A stretch of DNA of 64,000 nucleotides, from NCBI GenBank assembly GCA_001662655.1, contig KV460256.1. The stretch is one strand, 5' to 3'. The position numbers and the translations under genes were made by a program. The notes below the pieces were generated by a model. The model saw only the letters and a program-made list of their open reading frames with translations, had not been told where the DNA came from and did no database searches. Shown one piece after another: positions 60,596 through 64,000 of the stretch. This stretch comes from Pseudogymnoascus verrucosus. Lineage: Eukaryota. Each line of letters begins with the position of its first letter. The stretch's first letter is position 1.

Positions 60596-63500
60596 CTAAC
60601 CCCAAGTCCCACCCCCACCACCTCGTCCCTGCCTCTTCTGCGCACTAAGTCTCCAATCATCCTCCGCAGCAAACTTATTATACAGCGGCTGAATCCTCTC
60701 CGCCTTCCTCCGCTTACTGAGCCCATCCTTCCCAGCAACCTTGAAGAACGTCGGCGCCGCCTCCACGAGCCACTTCGGCTCAATAACGGTCGTCTGGTGC
60801 ATATACTCCTTACTCGTCAAAACAAGCGTATGGTAAATCACCCACTCCGCCTGTTTCCCAAACAGCGCCGAGGAAGGATGCAAACTAACAGGTGTCCCTT
60901 CAATCAACGTCTTATACCCCTCCTGAGGGTCCTTGCGCGCCGCGCTCCGGAAGAAACCAGCACACAGCGCGCGCCGCACGCGTGCAGTGTCGCGCCCACA
61001 CGACGCGATGGCGTGGCGGTAGCGCGTCATGATGTTCGCGAGCTGATCACGCACGTCCTTAGCGCGCTTCATCGAGCGGGCCTGGATGAAATTCTCAAAG
61101 CACCAAGGAGTCGCATAATTAGCTTGTTTCCAAGCATTATACACATTCAAGAGGGTAAGGTGGTCTCCAGCCGGATCGTGGAATTTGGCTTTCTTCTGGT
61201 CGGCTTGTGCTTGTTTCTCCTTGGGGCGGTAGAAGGGCGATTGCAGGGACAGCATGGCTACGATGGAGAGGATTTCGTCGGCGCAGGCGAGATCGACGGA
61301 GGCAATGAGGACTTTGGCTAGGGCGGGCTCCATGGGGAAGTCGGCCATTTTGCGGCCTAGGCGGGTGAGGAGGCCTTCGTCGTCGAGGGCGGAGAGGGCG
61401 TAGAGTTCTTCGAGGGCGGTTAACATGGTGTTTGTGGGCGGGGGGTCCATGAAGTCGAAGTGGAGGAGGTCGTTGATGCCCATGGCTTTGAGCATTAGGA
61501 TGGTGTGGGAGAGGTTTTGGCGCTGGATCTCGGGGATGGAGGTCGGCAGCATCTCGGATTGGAAAGCGGCTTCGGTGTAGAGACGGAAGCACTTTCCCGG
61601 GCCTGTGCGGCCGGCGCGGCCGGATCGTTGGCGGGCTTGGGCTTGCGAGATGGGGGTTACGACGAGAGAGTCCATGCCGAGCTTGGGGTCGTAGGCGTTT
61701 TGCTTGGCGAAGCCGGGGTCGATAACGTAGTAGACGTGGTCGATGGTGATGGATGTCTCGGCAATGTTTGTGGCAATGACGACCTTGCGGCTTCCAGGGG
61801 GTGCGGGGTCGAAGATCTTACTCTGCATTTCGGTGGGGAGGGCAGAGTAGACGGGCAGGATGATGAGTTCTGGTACGGTGGGGCCAAGAGCTTTCATCCG
61901 CTCGAAGAGAATCTCACAACTTGTGTCAATTTCTTCTTGTCCCGTTAAGAACAAGAGAATATCTCCAGGGGGTTCCGTGAGATGAATCTGCATGACCGTC
62001 ACCAAAGCCGCGTCCAAATAATCAGACTCTGGTTCCCTAGAATACATGATCTCGACTGGGAACGTGCGACCAGGGATGGAGAAAATCGGGCACTGGTTGA
62101 AGTACTCTGAGAATTTGTCTGCATCGAGTGTTGCGGATGTAACGATGACCTTCAGATCCGGTCGTCGCTTCAAGGTCTTCTTGAGCAGCGCAAACAACAC
62201 ATCAGTAGAAATCGTCCGTTCGTGAGCCTCATCCAACATAATAACAGAGTAGCGCTTCAAGTCAGGGTCCATAAGAACCTCTCGCTCCAGCATACCATCA
62301 GTCATGTACTTGATCTTCGTATTTGGGCTCGTGCAGTCCTCGAAACGGATCGTGTAGCCAACTTCCTCTCCCAGCTTACAGCCGACCTCCTCAGCGACAC
62401 GCTTCGCAACAGACATGGCAGCAACACGACGGGGCTGCGTGCATCCGATAATACCATTATTTGCAAATCCCGCTTCGGCCAAGTACTGCGTCAACTGAGT
62501 CGTCTTTCCAGATCCCGTCTCACCGACAACAATCAGAAGTGAATTATCGTGGACAGCCTTGATGAGCTCAGAGCGGAATCTGAATATAGGCAAAGAATCG
62601 CGCTGTTCCTTGATTGTCATATTGGTGCGCCTACCCAGCGGCACATCTTTGCTCTGGGTAACACGTTTCCACTCAGGAACAACTTCTTCACTGGCCGGGT
62701 TTTGCTTGGCTGATCGGAACTCGCTGGCGAACTTTCGGTCTTCGGGCGCTACCATTGGGTCCTGCCATTGTGCGGACAAGTCTACTTTGGCTCCCTCTTC
62801 GGCGGCCTTGTCCTGCGCTTCCTGTTGTCTCAGCTCTCGCCTGTCCTTTGCCAGAGTTGCTCCAGACATTGCGGCACGGTTAAGAGATCCATCTGGTGCT
62901 TTAACAACTCTAATCGGTGATAATTCGAGCGATTGCTTAGTCTGACCAGCAAGGAAAGGAGGCTCCTCGTCCTTGATCTCGATATCGATGTCTTCCTCAA
63001 GTTCCATCTCGCCCTCACCATTCAAGGCGGCATTATAGTCTTCATCTAGATCCGGGTAGTCCGAAGCTTTTACCACTCCAGACGCGATCAGCTGCCTGAC
63101 CTCCCATCTCTCAGGCGACGTCATCCTCTTCTTCTGCCGCGGTGGCGGAGCATTATCCCTCCCAAAAGAGGAGCCTTGGTCACCGAGTAAATTGCCATAT
63201 TCGCGTTTCCCGCCTCCTCCAAGCTGCTCTGAGTTCGCGCCAGACTCTATCCGAGTTTGAGGCGCAAGGTCGCGCCCTGTCTCCTGATCCACCTCCTTCA
63301 TAGATAATCCAATCTTCCCATTCTCAATTTTCACAACCTTGACCTTAACAGTCTGGTCCCTCGAGACGAGATCCGAGGGATGGTTAACCCGCGACCCTTC
63401 TAGAAGAGCAGATATATGCACGAGACCGTCGACTCGCCCCCTGACTCCGTGCAGGTTGACGAATGCGCCAAAGTCTTTAACACTGGTGACATGTCCCTCG

Positions 63501-64000
63501 TACACTTTGTATAGTATCGGCTGGTCGTCGATTTCCTGTTTCGGGGGGTTCCTCAGACTATCCTCGCCATGTCTCCGTCGCCCGCTCTCGTGCCCGTCTC
63601 TGCGGCTCCTGTGCCCCTTCCGCGATCGACCATATTCGTCTTCCTCCTCATATTTATCCATTCTCCTTGAAACGTTGTTGCGGTTCTGCTCAGGCGACCT
63701 AGATCGATACCGTCCCTTCCTCCCTCTCCTCTCCTCAAAGTCGTCCTCGGGGCTTCGAGTTCGTTTCCTAGTTTCCCTAGGTTTCTCGCCCCGCGCTTTC
63801 CCCCCAAGCCCTTCCAATAACATCATGGTATCATCAATCGCATCCGCCCCATCCGCCTCCATATCGACGCGCGGGGGCTCAACATCCGGTATCGCCAGTC
63901 CCTTGAACACCTTATCCTTCCCTTCATTCCGTCCATTCGTCGACTCTCTATGCGTGCTACCCTCCCCTTTGTACCGCGGATGCATCGTCCTGACGAGGCG
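60596..64000 (-). CDS. PRP22: Pre-mRNA splicing DEAH-box RNA helicase Prp22; 5'-partial
   Basis: RS-like region, S1 domain (DFGAFV), [34 protein letters not shown]-terminal PLYNKF..WRLS. Confidence 0.97.
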   Translation of the reverse strand, partial: RLVRTMHPRYKGEGSTHRESTNGRNEGKDKVFKGLAIPDVEPPRVDMEADGADAIDDTMMLLEGLGGKARGEKPRETRKRTRSPEDDFEERRGRKGRYRSRSPEQNRNNVSRRMDKYEEEDEYGRSRKGHRSRRDGHESGRRRHGEDSLRNPPKQEIDDQPILYKVYEGHVTSVKDFGAFVNLHGVRGRVDGLVHISALLEGSRVNHPSDLVSRDQTVKVKVVKIENGKIGLSMKEVDQETGRDLAPQTRIESGANSEQLGGGGKREYGNLLGDQGSSFGRDNAPPPRQKKRMTSPERWEVRQLIASGVVKASDYPDLDEDYNAALNGEGEMELEEDIDIEIKDEEPPFLAGQTKQSLELSPIRVVKAPDGSLNRAAMSGATLAKDRRELRQQEAQDKAAEEGAKVDLSAQWQDPMVAPEDRKFASEFRSAKQNPASEEVVPEWKRVTQSKDVPLGRRTNMTIKEQRDSLPIFRFRSELIKAVHDNSLLIVVGETGSGKTTQLTQYLAEAGFANNGIIGCTQPRRVAAMSVAKRVAEEVGCKLGEEVGYTIRFEDCTSPNTKIKYMTDGMLEREVLMDPDLKRYSVIMLDEAHERTISTDVLFALLKKTLKRRPDLKVIVTSATLDADKFSEYFNQCPIFSIPGRTFPVEIMYSREPESDYLDAALVTVMQIHLTEPPGDILLFLTGQEEIDTSCEILFERMKALGPTVPELIILPVYSALPTEMQSKIFDPAPPGSRKVVIATNIAETSITIDHVYYVIDPGFAKQNAYDPKLGMDSLVVTPISQAQARQRSGRAGRTGPGKCFRLYTEAAFQSEMLPTSIPEIQRQNLSHTILMLKAMGINDLLHFDFMDPPPTNTMLTALEELYALSALDDEGLLTRLGRKMADFPMEPALAKVLIASVDLACADEILSIVAMLSLQSPFYRPKEKQAQADQKKAKFHDPAGDHLTLLNVYNAWKQANYATPWCFENFIQARSMKRAKDVRDQLANIMTRYRHAIASCGRDTARVRRALCAGFFRSAARKDPQEGYKTLIEGTPVSLHPSSALFGKQAEWVIYHTLVLTSKEYMHQTTVIEPKWLVEAAPTFFKVAGKDGLSKRRKAERIQPLYNKFAAEDDWRLSAQKRQGRGGGGGTWG

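Overview
Eukaryotic DNA from a filamentous ascomycete: spliceosomal introns with CT(A/G)AC branch points, Zn2Cys6 factors and RIP-like relics. The species cannot be determined from the sequence. The window has five zones. (1) 1-16.2 kb is one arm of a secondary-metabolite cluster: an HR-PKS of the LovB/PKS-NRPS type cut at the left edge just before the ACP, a Zn2Cys6 factor, a trans-enoyl reductase, an MFS pump, a Tc1/mariner relic and an RTA1 exporter. (2) 16.5-19.5 kb is decayed, TpA-rich DNA (Myb-like pseudogene, MITE-like element), followed by a GH36 alpha-galactosidase. (3) 23.3-35.5 kb is a five-gene cluster: FATP-like acyl-CoA synthetase, FarB/CTF1-beta-like factor, Dal5-type permease and a divergent two-subunit biotin-dependent acyl-CoA carboxylase. 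All three enzymes carry peroxisomal-targeting-like signals and all three promoters contain a CCGAGG Far site. This is the best candidate for an undescribed system. (4) 35.9-54.6 kb is an unbroken run of polysaccharide-degradation genes (Zn2Cys6 TF, GH43, two GH28, CE8, sugar porter, CE1, and two divergent uronate lyases, including a PL7 whose catalytic QIH reads QVF). (5) 56-64 kb holds housekeeping genes (PDX3, Eap1-like, PRP22). Several long intergenic hairpins are scattered through the accessory part. Family calls come from motifs read by eye; no database searches were run.
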